A DNA stretch of 64,000 bases from Eledone cirrhosa. Lineage: Eukaryota. This document shows positions 38,928 through 50,870 of the stretch, one piece after another (the first letter of the stretch is position 1; the number at the start of each line of letters is the position of its first letter). The DNA lies in contig OZ024743.1 in NCBI GenBank assembly GCA_964016885.1, positions 43,462,001-43,526,000 of the forward strand, written 5' to 3'. The notes beneath the pieces are model-generated. The model ran no database searches. It saw nothing but the letters and a program-made list of their open reading frames with translations, and was not told the origin of the DNA. A program made the translations under genes and the position numbers.

Positions 38928-40325
38928 AGATCAAAAGATGGTTAAAAGAGTTCCATGTATTTTATTATGCGCATTTCAAAAACAAATATCATCATGCAAT
39001 AACAGTTGTGTTTTCATCAGATAAAATAGGAAAACATGATATGAAGGTTAAAAACACTTGTGGATAGTGCAGTTTTAAATCAACATATGAAAAGTAGTTT
39101 TAGATTGATGTGTGATATTGGGGAAAACATTTTTTTTAGGGGGGGGGGATGAAAAAGAGGAGGAGATGAGAGTAAAAAGTGGAGGGGGAGGAGTATACTG
39201 AAGAAGGAGGAGATAGGAGGAGAGATGGGTGATAGAGAGAGAGAGATAGCTTTTATAACTGAGAAAAAATGTATTGTTTTACATAGAGAGGTTGAAAAAC
39301 CGTTGGAAGATAATGTATAAATTAAAAGAATTTGAAAATTAACGAAGAGAAAAATAATGTAAAGTTAAGGTTTGTATATTGAAGGGTTTAATAATATGTG
39401 CGATGAAAAGAAGTTGTTAATATGTATTAAGAATAATATTTAAGGGTTTAATAATATGTGCGTTGGAAAGAAAATGTTGATATGTATTATTACAAAAAAC
39501 AAAAGTAATGTAAGTAAGGATATATTGTGAGATGAGCATGAATAAGTTAGATGAAAGTGAGAAAAAAATAATGAATAGAGGATGAATAATCTAACGTCAA
39601 AAAAAAAATGTTTATGTTTACGAAGGATTTTTTCAAGGTAATATAAAGTAAGAATATATTGTATTGTGTAATAGTTGTTTCTATGTTAGGCACAGTGAGA
39701 AAAGGTACAGATTAGGGGTTAGAAATTAAAAGAAAAAGAAAAGAAAAGTAAAAGGAAGAAAGAGAAGTGATAAATAGGAGTGATATAGAATGAGTAACAA
39801 GTATTATATAATGTATAATAAATAACTTTGAAATAAGGTAGAAAGATGGGTATATTTTTAAAGAAGTATATATATATATATATGTGCCTTTGAGAAAAGG
39901 ATTCTGAATTGATAAACTTTAGGATATTAGCTGTATACTTTATGGAATGTTCTGTGGAATTTATGCAAACAAAGAGAAAACAAGTCAGTGCGTCTATTTA
40001 TTATAGAATCTAAATCAGATATAATGGTAAATTTTTCATTTAGACAGAGATTGCAAGTCTTGGATAGAGAACTGTTCAAGTATGAAAAAGCAGAAGAAAC
40101 CTTTTTCCAAGAGATGTTATATTTAATATTTTTGTATTTCAAGGACCATATGAGTTCTGAGAGAGCCGTGTTGGTGCTTTTAAGTTGGTATTTAAAGACG
40201 AATGATGATTATAAAGACGAACTTTAAAGGAGGTGGAAGTGGAGCCAAAATAGGTGAAGGAATTGGTGTTAGTTATAACTTTACATTCGTAGATTAAGTT
40301 TTTATCAAGACAATGGTTGTTGAAA
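38920..40325 (-). mobile_element. 3' portion of a Naiad-like PLE (EN C-terminus plus AT-rich 3' UTR)
   Basis: NLIYECKV..YFGST..FKVRLYNH; CNLCLNEK..INRR.D....C.H; inverted homolog of 45150-46802. Confidence 0.82.
38958..39028 (-). ncRNA. Hammerhead ribozyme, canonical core, palindromic stem III
   Basis: tattttat-CTGATGA-aaacac...gttttt-GAAA-tgcgca-TA-ataaaata; 8-bp perfect stem I. Confidence 0.8.
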
Positions 40326-40335
40326 CTCACCTCCT

Positions 40336-40425
<90 letters not shown>

Positions 40426-40478
40426 TAATATTATTCAGAATATTAATAAATGAAGACATTCACATAATCAAAATATAT

Positions 40479-40543
40479 GTTTTATTATATATAGTTCGTA
40501 GGTAATGTGCTGTTTTTTCAGTACGTCGTCGTCAGATAAAATA
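40479..40543 (-). ncRNA. Degenerate hammerhead motif
   Basis: ttttat-CTGACGA...GAAC-tatata-TA-ataaaa; GAAA is mutated to GAAC. Confidence 0.45.
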
Positions 40544-40854
40544 CATGAATTGATGTATGGCGTACCTCAACAGTCTTGATGGTTCAATTCCAGTATTGGC
40601 AGTGATTTATTACAACAAATCTCAACATTTATATACCACAAATAATAACATGATAAACTTAAATTTAATGAAGAAGAGCATGTGGAGCGAGATATGGGTA
40701 TAGGAGGGAGTGCAAGAAGAAAATAAATAATTATATACATACGTGAATATGTAACAAAAAACATTTAACAAAATACTTCCCTTGACAAGAATCTAGTATA
40801 TTAATGTACCATTAAGACAAATAATAATTGTTTCTACTTTTGGCAGAAGGCCAC

Positions 40855-40932
40855 AATTACCCAGTGCATTACTGGTACTTTATTTTATCGACCCCGTAAG
40901 GATGAAAGGCAAAGTTAACCTCGGCGGGATTA
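40855..40932. mobile_element. SINE central-domain fragment (Nin/Deu-like)
   Basis: tggtactttattttatcgacccc..aggatgaaaggcaaagt..acctcggcgg matches a common mollusc SINE core (from recall). Confidence 0.55.
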
Positions 40933-41089
40933 AGACAAATAATAATAATATTTATAACTACATTGGTGCCACTTCATCGAACTTTAAGTTTCGCTTTTCC
41001 AATATAAACACCCGAGGGTGGTTTTCTGCTAGTATATATAACAGAGTGTTGTAGCTTGCTTGAAGCACGAATTCAAATTTTGAAGACCA

Positions 41090-41392
41090 ACATATTGCGT
41101 TATGAATATTAATAAAAATTGCCAAGATAACAAAGGAATCTTACCGTAGCAAATTTAAAAATCCCAAATAATTAATGGGTTTAAAAAGTCATTATCAAGG
41201 GATGTCCCTATAAGACTTAAAATTCGAACGGATAAACTTGTTTGTATCGAGTTTTAAGTCTCTTATATGGTAATTTCCTTGATAATGTCTTTCCAAACCC
41301 CAATATATTTGTGATCGTTAAATTTGGTAAGGTAACATTCTCTTGTTATCTTGGCAATTTTAATATTGTTCATAACGCAATGTGTTAATCTC
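41090..41392. repeat. Diverged inverted repeat (~125-bp arms)
   Basis: attgcgttatgaa..aaaattgccaagataacaa (41094-41133) has its reverse complement at 41342-41381. Confidence 0.65.
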
Positions 41393-41419
41393 CAAATTGA
41401 AATTTGTATTATATATATA

Positions 41420-41760
41420 TATATTTGGTTCCACCTCGACAGAATTTTAAACTTCGCTATAATAACCACAAGAATTCTTTCACAGATCCAAGCAAAAAAT
41501 CTTCAACATCACTATCAGGCTTACTCTGGCAACTTAAGCATGATAACGTTGGATATTCGACGGCTTGGAATATAGTCTCAAGAGGGATTCCTTTTAATTC
41601 ATCCTCTGAGACATGTGACCTCTGCGCAGAGGAGATATTCTTTATACTAAAATCTAAAAATTCCCTTAATTTACGGACAAATTTATTCAGTTGCTGCAGA
41701 CATAGATTGAACTCAACTTTTAAATATAAATATAAATTTAAAATGTAGTATATTTAACTT
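41420..41760 (+). mobile_element. Naiad-like PLE GIY-YIG C-terminal fragment
   Basis: FKLRYNNHKNSF..TSLSGLLWQLK..CDLCAEE..LNLRTNLFSCCRH. Confidence 0.75.
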
Positions 41761-42089
41761 GATTTATAATTATTTATGAAACTCGCCGATAAATCTTTCG
41801 ATTTCTTTTTTATTTTAAACATTCTTCATGAATAATTAAACTACCCTAAAAGCTGATGCTCCAAATATATCGAATAAATTTTACACTAGATAAACCTCTA
41901 TTAAATATAAGACCATCTGTAGATCAAATGGGTATCCTAAACTTTTGGAATGATTTCTGCTAGACAGGATTTGGTAAATAATTTTGGTTTTGTTTGCTTT
42001 TGATTCTGATGCTTATAACGAACTTGGCAATATATTGTCAATTAACCTTGAAGGGTTGATCTCTGTGGTTGATTTGCGGGGCATACTAT

Positions 42090-42410
42090 GTTTTATTTTT
42101 TATTTTTAATATTTTTAATATTTTTATTTTTAATATTTTTATATTTTTTTTATTTTTTATTTTTTATTTATGTTTTATTTTTTATTTTTTATTTTTTATT
42201 TTTTATTTTTTATTTTTTATTTTTTATTTTTTATTTTTTATTTTTTATTTTTTATTTTTTATTTTTTATTTTTTATTTTTTATTTTTTATTTTTTATTTT
42301 TTATTTTTTATTTTTTATTTTTTATTTTTTATTTTTTATTTTTTATTTTTTATTTTTTATTTTTTATTTTTTATTTTTTATTTTTTATTTTTTATTTTTT
42401 ATTTTTTATT
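42090..42410. repeat. (TTTTTTA)n heptamer tandem repeat
   Basis: Direct reading. Confidence 0.9.
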
Positions 42411-43338
42411 TCTGATATTTTTATTGATATATTGATATCTGTTCTTTATTTATGCTTGAACGATAATCATGTAAAGTAAAGACAAGAATAGTATTGTTAA
42501 AATTAATGTAGACTCTATATATATTTGTGTGTATGTACACATATACGTATACTAGAATTTTATAGCACTATGAGAATGTTTTCGTGTGAAATAGGAATTT
42601 GCAGAGTTGATCACGTAAATTCACATGGATGTCTATAGTATCGAATCTGGCATAACCTTCTATTTTAACTCAACTCTAATATAAACCTAGGAATGTTTAA
42701 ACTAGACATATGATCATTATTTTTCACACATTATTGATACGTGTCTCATTCATAAATACTGATATTTACATTATAATGCCTGATTCATACGAATTTATAT
42801 TCTTACATTGATGAAACATAGTGTTTTAAATCTGCCTCGTTTATGTCTGGATATTTTTCTTTTCTCTCTATGTAACGGCTGTTTTCTCTCCTAACCACAT
42901 ATATCTCTCTATATTAATACTAGAACTAAATGAATAAATAAATAAATAAATATATCATTGATACGTCATTCAACTGGTGCCCAACTACATATTTTCTTTC
43001 TCTCTATCTCTATCTATATCTATCTCTCTCTATTTTTTTCTCTCTCTCTCTCTTTTCTCTCTCTCTCTATATATATCTATCTCCCTCTGTGTTTTTTCCT
43101 CTCTCTATATATCTCTCTCTGTTTCTTTACATGAATTCCTCTCTCTATCTATCTCTCTATATCTATCTCTCTCTATTTAGTTGCATGCATTTCTTCTTTT
43201 TTTCTTCGTTTTTCTTTCTTTCTTTCTTTCTTTTTATAACTGTCCCTAACATTTTTCACTACCAAATCAACTTTTTAAATGGAAGATGAAGTTGAAAGGT
43301 ATGTGAAATCTATCTATTTATAAGACTGTTTATATTGT

Positions 43339-43402
43339 GTTTTGTCTGAAGAAGGCATAACATATTTTTAATATGATATCCCTGAAATATATATAATGAA
43401 AT
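43339..43402 (+). ncRNA. Hammerhead-like motif in an isolated PLE-like tail upstream of (TA)n
   Basis: gttttgt-CTGAAGA-agg..catatt/aatatg..cct-GAAA-tatata-TA-atgaaat; stem I depends on G-U pairs. Confidence 0.55.
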
Positions 43403-43443
43403 AAATATGGTTTTATAAATATAGTTTCCATTTATTTAATATC

Positions 43444-43493
<50 letters not shown>

Positions 43494-43634
43494 TTATATG
43501 TCTCATGTATGTATATTTATTTATACATTATAAACTAAGTAGAATATGTTTACTTTTGGAATACGTGTCTTCCATATAAATATACATGAAGGTCACTAAA
43601 TCAATGTTCTAGAATAAATATTAAATATTTATTT

Positions 43635-43678
<44 letters not shown>

Positions 43679-43682
43679 ACAG

Positions 43683-43761
<79 letters not shown>

Positions 43762-43850
43762 GGTAGGAGGTGATTTATATTGTAGCACAATAAAGCAATG
43801 CAAATATCGGATAAGTAACACTCTACATTTTGTAGGACTGGAGTATAAAT

Positions 43851-46799
43851 AATATAAGATCAAAAGATGGTTAAAAGAGTTCCAAGTTCCACAACCTGAA
43901 TACGGAAAACAAACAAAAATTTATTCAATTTGATATTGCCAGCTATTATTCTTCTATTTCGCCTTCACTTCTCAACAATGCTCTATCTTTAGCACTTAAA
44001 TATTCTGACATCACCACAGATTGTAAGTCACATCATTCTCACCGCAAGAAATACCATCTTAGAATTCAACAATGAATACTGAACTAGAGCCGATACTTCC
44101 AACAACTTTGATATCACAATGGGTGCGTCCGATTCATCGCAATTAACTGATTTGGTTGGAATTTTTTATTTTGAATACCTTAAATAGGAAAATTCCTCAA
44201 CTTCGCGGTGGAATTTATCGTGTCGATGGACTTTTACTATCTTAAATTTCAGATTTAGTTAACCTTAATATTATTAAGAACAATATAAGTGATCTCTTTA
44301 AGCAACATAACCTTAAAGTTGAATTTGATAGCAACGTGAAACTAGCTAACTTCTTGGATATATCCCTTAATCTTGACACTGGCCTATATTACCCTTACCA
44401 TAAAAACAATGAGTATCTAAATTATGTTAATTTTAAATCTAACCACCCCACTATCATTAAAAAAGCTATAGTCAGAAATATTGGAAAAAGAACCTCAAAC
44501 CTATCATCTAATAAAAAATAGCTTTGATGCTAACGCCAATTACTAAATAATGCGCTTTCTAAAGCCGGTTATCCTGATAAAATTAAATACAGTAAAGAAA
44601 CCAATCCTAGAAGGTCTTACAGTAAAATAAGTAATCATGTTCATTCCAATAACTTAAATAAAACACCTAGATACAAAAATATAATCTGGTATAATGCTCC
44701 TTTTTCTATTTCTATTAATAAACTATTCTTTAGAGCCTTAGATAAATGCTTCCCTCCCTCACATATCTATAGTAAAATCTTTAGCAAACATACAATAGAA
44801 TTTTCCTATTCCACCTCCTCCAACATCTCTAACATTATCTCTAAACACAACAATAAAATATTAAATATTAAATCACATCCTTCCAACACTGAGCGTCATA
44901 ATAATAGCAGTAGTACTCCTGACGTCATTGTTAACTCTAGGCTAGATTCTGCAAACTCAAATACGACGTCACACGTAACTTCGTTGAATGTTCATAATAC
45001 CAATCTAAATCAGGAAACTATTATTTTTATCGTAAATAACTTCTCCAATCCAATTCCTCTTATAAATAACACTAGGTGACTTGTTAATAAGTCTGTTAAT
45101 TTCTCTAATCGCAATTGTAATTGCCCTGTTAGAACTAAATGTCCTCTCAATAACCATTGTCTTGATAAAAACTTAGTCTATGAATGTAAGGTTATAACTG
45201 ATACCAATTCCTTTACCTATTTCGGTTCCACTTCCACCCCCTTCAAAGCTAGATTTTATAATCACAATTCGTCTTTTAAATACCAACTTAAAAGAATTAA
45301 CACGGCACTCTCAGAACTCATATGGTCCTTGAAAGACAAAAATATAACTATAACATCTCTTGGAGAAAGGTTTGTTCTGCCTTCCCTACTTGAATGCCTC
45401 TCTATCCAGAACATGTAATATTTGCCTGTCTGAAAAATTTACCATTATATCTAATTTCAATTCTATAATAAATAGACGCACTGATTTATTTTCTCTCTGC
45501 TTGCATAAATTCCACAGAACATTACATAAAGTATACAACTAATATCTAATACCTTACTAGATTAAAATCCTTTTTCACAAAGGCTTATATATCTTTTAAA
45601 AATATACCCATCATTCTACTTTATTTCAATATTATTTATTATTTATTATATATTATATAATACAAGTTACTCATTCTATATCATACATCTTTATCACTTT
45701 CCTTTTTTCCTCTTTTCTTTTTAATTTCTAACCTCTAATCTGTACTTTTTCTTCCTAACTACTTCTCAATTCTTATTATTATTCACCACAACATTATCCA
45801 TTTCTTCCATCTTTCTTCATATCATTGGCCATAAAAATTATTATTATTTTTTTAATACATTATAGTATTACCTTCGTAAACATAACCATTTTTTTTTACA
45901 TTAGATTTTTCTTCCTTAAATTCCTTATCTCCTAAAATTCCTTATCTCATCCTTTCAGGCTCCTTTGACTTTTACATATTACAATACATAAAAACAAACT
46001 TAAACTCTAACTAATTTCTTTTAATATATTATATTATTACCATTAGAAAATATTTCGTAAACATATATATTTTTTGATGTTAGATATTTTCTTCCTTAAA
46101 CATTCTCTTCTTCTTTGCTTTCTGCGCTCATTTTTAAACAAACTATTTAAGTACACATATTACGTACACATATTACATTACATAAAAACAAGCTTAAATA
46201 CTAACTAATTCCTCTAAATTCATAACTCATTCATTATTCTACTTCACATTATATCCTTAATAACATTAATATTTTTATTTTAATAATACATATTAATAAT
46301 TTCTTTAAACCATTCAATATACAAACCTTAATTTCATATTATTCTTAATCCCTTTTTCTCTCAATGAATAAACCTCATTAACTTTTAATTTCAAATTCTT
46401 TTAAATTTTCTATTATCTTCCAACGGCTTTTAAATTCTCTCCGTGAGACAATATATATGTTTTTCTCAGTTGTAAAGGCTATATCTCTCTCTCTATCACC
46501 CATCTCTCCTCCTCTTTCATCCTTCCTTCTTAAATTCCTCCCCCACCATTCTGTACTCTCATCTCCTCCTCTTCCTTACCTTTTCCAACCCTCACTTTTT
46601 CCCAATCTCATACATCAATCTTAAATTATTTTTCATATGTTGATTTAAAACTTCACTATTCACATTTTTTTTTTAAGCTCCATATCATGTATCCCTATTT
46701 TATCTGATGAAAACGCAGATATGATCCCATGATGATATTTGTTTTTGAAATGCGCATGATAAAATACTTGGAACTCGTTTAACCATCTTTTGATCTTAT

Positions 46800-46802
<3 letters not shown>
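43851..46802 (+). mobile_element. 5'-truncated decayed Naiad-like PLE with a 37-bp terminal inverted repeat
   Basis: FIQFDIASYYSSI, FDITMGASDS, ANFLDISLNL, SNHP, WYNAPF, CNC..CPL, YFGST. 43851-43887 is the reverse complement of 46766-46802 with one mismatch. Confidence 0.85.
46696..46766 (+). ncRNA. Hammerhead motif with mutated cleavage site (UG instead of UH)
   Basis: tattttat-CTGATGA...GAAA-tgcgca-TG-ataaaata; paralog of 38958-39028. Confidence 0.65.
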
Positions 46803-46843
<41 letters not shown>

Positions 46844-46934
46844 AGGAACGATCCACTTTTTGTCAAATCGGACCGAGGGAACAATATTTCCGTTAGTCTT
46901 TCCAACTGCTAATACTATCTATCGGTCGCAACTC

Positions 46935-47062
46935 CAGGTAGAAGGAGCAACGTGAAATAAAGTGTCTTATTCAAGGACATAACGCATCGCCTGGTCCAGG
47001 AATCGAACTCACAATCCTACGAATGCGAATCCAATTCTCTAACCACTCAGCCACACGCCTTC
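46935..47062 (-). mobile_element. tRNA-derived SINE head
   Basis: Minus strand: ggcgtgtggctgagtggttagaga (A box) ... gagttcgattcc (B box) ... ccttgaataagacac core. Confidence 0.7.
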
Positions 47063-47106
47063 ACTAAGACACAGAGAGGCACGCACACACATACTTAATT
47101 TGATAT

Positions 47107-47316
<210 letters not shown>

Positions 47317-47415
47317 CGTTTCTGAATTTGTTTAGCAAGATTCTTTATCTGAAATCGTGTGTTCAAACCGATATTGCGTGTGTTTCTTATTGGCAACATG
47401 ACCCTCCCAAAGTAT

Positions 47416-47515
<100 letters not shown>

Positions 47516-47609
47516 TTTGCATAAATAATGTATGACTGTGTATTATAAATATATATGTATAATGACATATTTGTAAATATATATAAATATATATATATAT
47601 ATATGTGTG

Positions 47610-48592
47610 TGTATATAAAATTAAGTATGTGCGTGCGTGCCTGTCTGTGTCTCTGTGTATTACCTATAGGGGCCTACATCGTTCGACCGACTTTCATGAA
47701 ACATTACAGACTCATAGAGTAGTCATCGGGGAGTGCTTTCTATATATCAGCCTATCGTTCTTTTTATTCCGGGGTCATTCTGCAGGTAAAAATCGATATG
47801 GGTGTCACCTTTTTTTAGGTATCGAAAAATAAGATTTTGGGGTCTAGCTCCCACATATTGCCACCGATTCCGTTCAAATTTTAAGGCAAAATAGAATTTA
47901 TTATTGCACATCCTGCAATCGCTTTATATTTTGCATTTGTTGTTCAGGGACGGCTTAAATATTCAAAAATACCACTTTTAGACTCAAATTTCCATTTTCG
48001 GCAGTAGCTCCCACATTGATCAACCTACTTTGTTCAAATTTTATACTACGCTAGATCTGATTATTTCATGTCTTAAAGTGGCTTTACATTTCGGATTCTT
48101 TCTTGAAGAACGGCGTGGCAGCCGCTTAAATATTCGAAAATACCACCTTTTCGACTCTAGCTCCCACATTTTTCAAACGATTTCGTTCAAATTCGAAACT
48201 TCGGCTCCACCTCACACATAAATCAATTTATTTGGTTCAATTTTTATATTACGATAGAACCTATCATTGAACATCTTATAGCTGGCCAAACGCAAAACGA
48301 TGGCCACTGACGTCGTCTGAGCATTTAGTTGTGTATTTGTGAATTCAGCGGTTTCCAATCAAGTAGCGTGAGGAAATTTGGCTTAATGTTAGAGGTCATT
48401 ACCTCCCTCCCCAAGCATGCCCCTTTGTCAGTCACCCGCGTTTCTCAGTGATAGAGGTCATCACAACCCTTACCCGCATGGCCTGTGTGTGGCCATAGAT
48501 GAGTCATCGAGAAGCAGTCGCTAAGATCAACAACTTTTCATCAAAGCAGATATTATTTTACCTACCCAGGCAGTGCTGGGTACTGCTGCTAG
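47610..48592 (+). mobile_element. Non-autonomous Helitron-like element
   Basis: 3' hairpin tacccag-gcagtg-ctgggta followed by CTAG|T (48563-48593); 5' tatataaaa plus a GT/CTGT-rich region; three internal subrepeats tagctcccacat...ttcaaatt. Confidence 0.65.
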
Positions 48593-48606
48593 TATATATA
48601 TGTATA

Positions 48607-48720
<114 letters not shown>

Positions 48721-48838
48721 CATATCTTTCCGTAAATAATGTATGTGTGTGTGCGTGTAGTAATAAACAAGCAACACCGTTTCACTTGTACATCCCTATT
48801 TATTTAATTATACGTATTTCATTTGTATAACATCTGCG

Positions 48839-48962
48839 CTACGTGTTTTCATCATATATAAATATCCGTTGATATGTCGCCGGTCACACGAGCTATTCAG
48901 CAAGTCACTGAATGAACAACTCATGTGATATCAACGGACTTGTATGTGATAAAAACACGTAG
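48839..48962. repeat. Imperfect palindrome
   Basis: ctacgtgtttt..atca..tccgttgatat ... atatcaacgga..tgat.aaaacacgtag. Confidence 0.6.
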
Positions 48963-49019
48963 GGCAGCTTTAATATAAATGGTATGTGTCTTTCAAATAC
49001 GTATAATAAAATAAACTAG

Positions 49020-50791
49020 AAATATACATCATTTTGGAAGGGTAGAAATGTTGGGTTACTCGGATTTATTATGGGTTTTTAACCCAAATTTATCCTGTTT
49101 GTTGTCGCTTTTCCCTGATTATCGAAATAAAAGAACGCCAACGCAACCTTTTAATGAATGAGTCTGTTTTCTGTATCAGGAGTTTTAGGTATTATTTCCT
49201 GCTTGGTACGGGTATATTCTTTGTAGAAATATTCAGATGTTGTTTGTGCATGATTAATATAAGTCATTAGAGTACTCAACCGAGGGAGCCAAATAATAAA
49301 TTTGAAGACTAAAATACAAAGATGGCTCGATAAGGATAAATATATATCAAATATTTAAGAACCGTAGAGCAAATATTTATTAAAATAACAGATTAAAGTT
49401 TAAGCAAAGAAACGCTGCTTTCAACCTTAACGGAATCTTCTGAAACTAACAACGTCAATTTGTAAACGCAGAACTGGATATTTCAAAAAACGTTGCAACC
49501 GGAGCAAGACAGGAAGACGATTATTTGCATAGGTATATACATACCTATGCAAATAAGTAATGGTTTAAACATAACATATACTTAGCTAACACATCAAGAC
49601 GTAAAACATCCACATATAGATCGTACTATCCGTTAGGGTATAATGTGAGGCTGTAATACAGGAAGGTTTTGTGCAATTTATGTTTACAAGCCGAAATTGC
49701 CTCAGATTTTTTGTTTAAAATGTGGTCTGTGGCGTAGAGTATTTCCAGGGCCTCAGCGGTGCAGAGGTCACATGGTCTTTTATTTCCGTTATACGATCTA
49801 GACCTACCTAGGATCTCCCAGTGTAACTTATATTGGGTGTGGTTGTCTTTTAGTCTCCAGATATAAGCTGAAAGTGACGTCATATTCCTTCTTAAAGGGT
49901 AACGAAAAGAATGGGTTTGCACGTAAAGACGCTGCTTGAATCTATTGGCGGTTAACCATATGTAGGCCCTACGGGACGTGGGTGTTTCAACCTTACATTT
50001 GTAGACAATGTTACTAGAGAGGTATTTCCCGGATAGGGGGCAATCAACCCGATTCCTACAATTACAATTAGTACTAACTACAGGGTTGCACGTGTTCCTA
50101 CAGCTAGGTAGTTTAGCTAAATTTGAAGCTGTGATGTTATGTGCAAGGTTAGGAGTCGTAGAGTAAGACATTTTAAAAGTATTTCTATTAAAGATTTTAC
50201 TACATTTATGTGTAGGGGGAAAATGCTTCGTAATAAGGGATAGAAAGATCTTAGCTAATGGTGTTGACTCCTCCATATTATATGGTGGGTTATACCATAT
50301 ACTGCGGCGGAATCTATTTCTTATAGGTCTATTCTCGTACTCTGTATAAGCTAGCTTATCGATAAATCCACTCCGAGCAAGAGCTTCATTGTAATAAGTG
50401 GAATGCTCGTTGAAAATATGCTCGTTAGTAGATAGACAGGAAAGCCTCAACGAAACGTTTCTTATCAGGTTCTTGGTTATGCTGTCAGGGTGGTTGTAAT
50501 GCTTACTTATGTAATTAAGCGTATCATTCGGCTTTCTATACGGGTAATACAAGCCATTCGATAAATTGAGTGTAACGTCGAGGTAATTAACGACCGAGAG
50601 GTTGGCCTCAACCTGTATAGAGAGGTTGAAGCCTTTAAAGAAGGCTGTGAGTTCTTTTCTGAACCTGTCGCAAGCACGAGGGCCGCACTTAGTCATGATC
50701 AAAACCATCATTACGGTACAAACCACTGCCTGCGTTGGGGAATTCGTCCTTGAAAGAGAAAAGAAGGAAAAGGCCGATAACATCAGTAACC
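49020..50791 (-). mobile_element. Naiad-like PLE (same family as 36545-38882) in permuted tail-to-head (pseudo-LTR) arrangement
   Basis: RT C-terminus and GIY-YIG in ORF 49626-50790, followed downstream by the 5' UTR and ORF start (49020-49520, near-identical to 38085-38580). Confidence 0.85.
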
Positions 50792-50799
50792 TATATGTA

Positions 50800-50866
<67 letters not shown>

Positions 50867-50870
<4 letters not shown>

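Noticed and set aside
46985-47060. tRNA gene
   Set aside because: A/B boxes continue into SINE core sequence and there is no cloverleaf; it is a SINE head.
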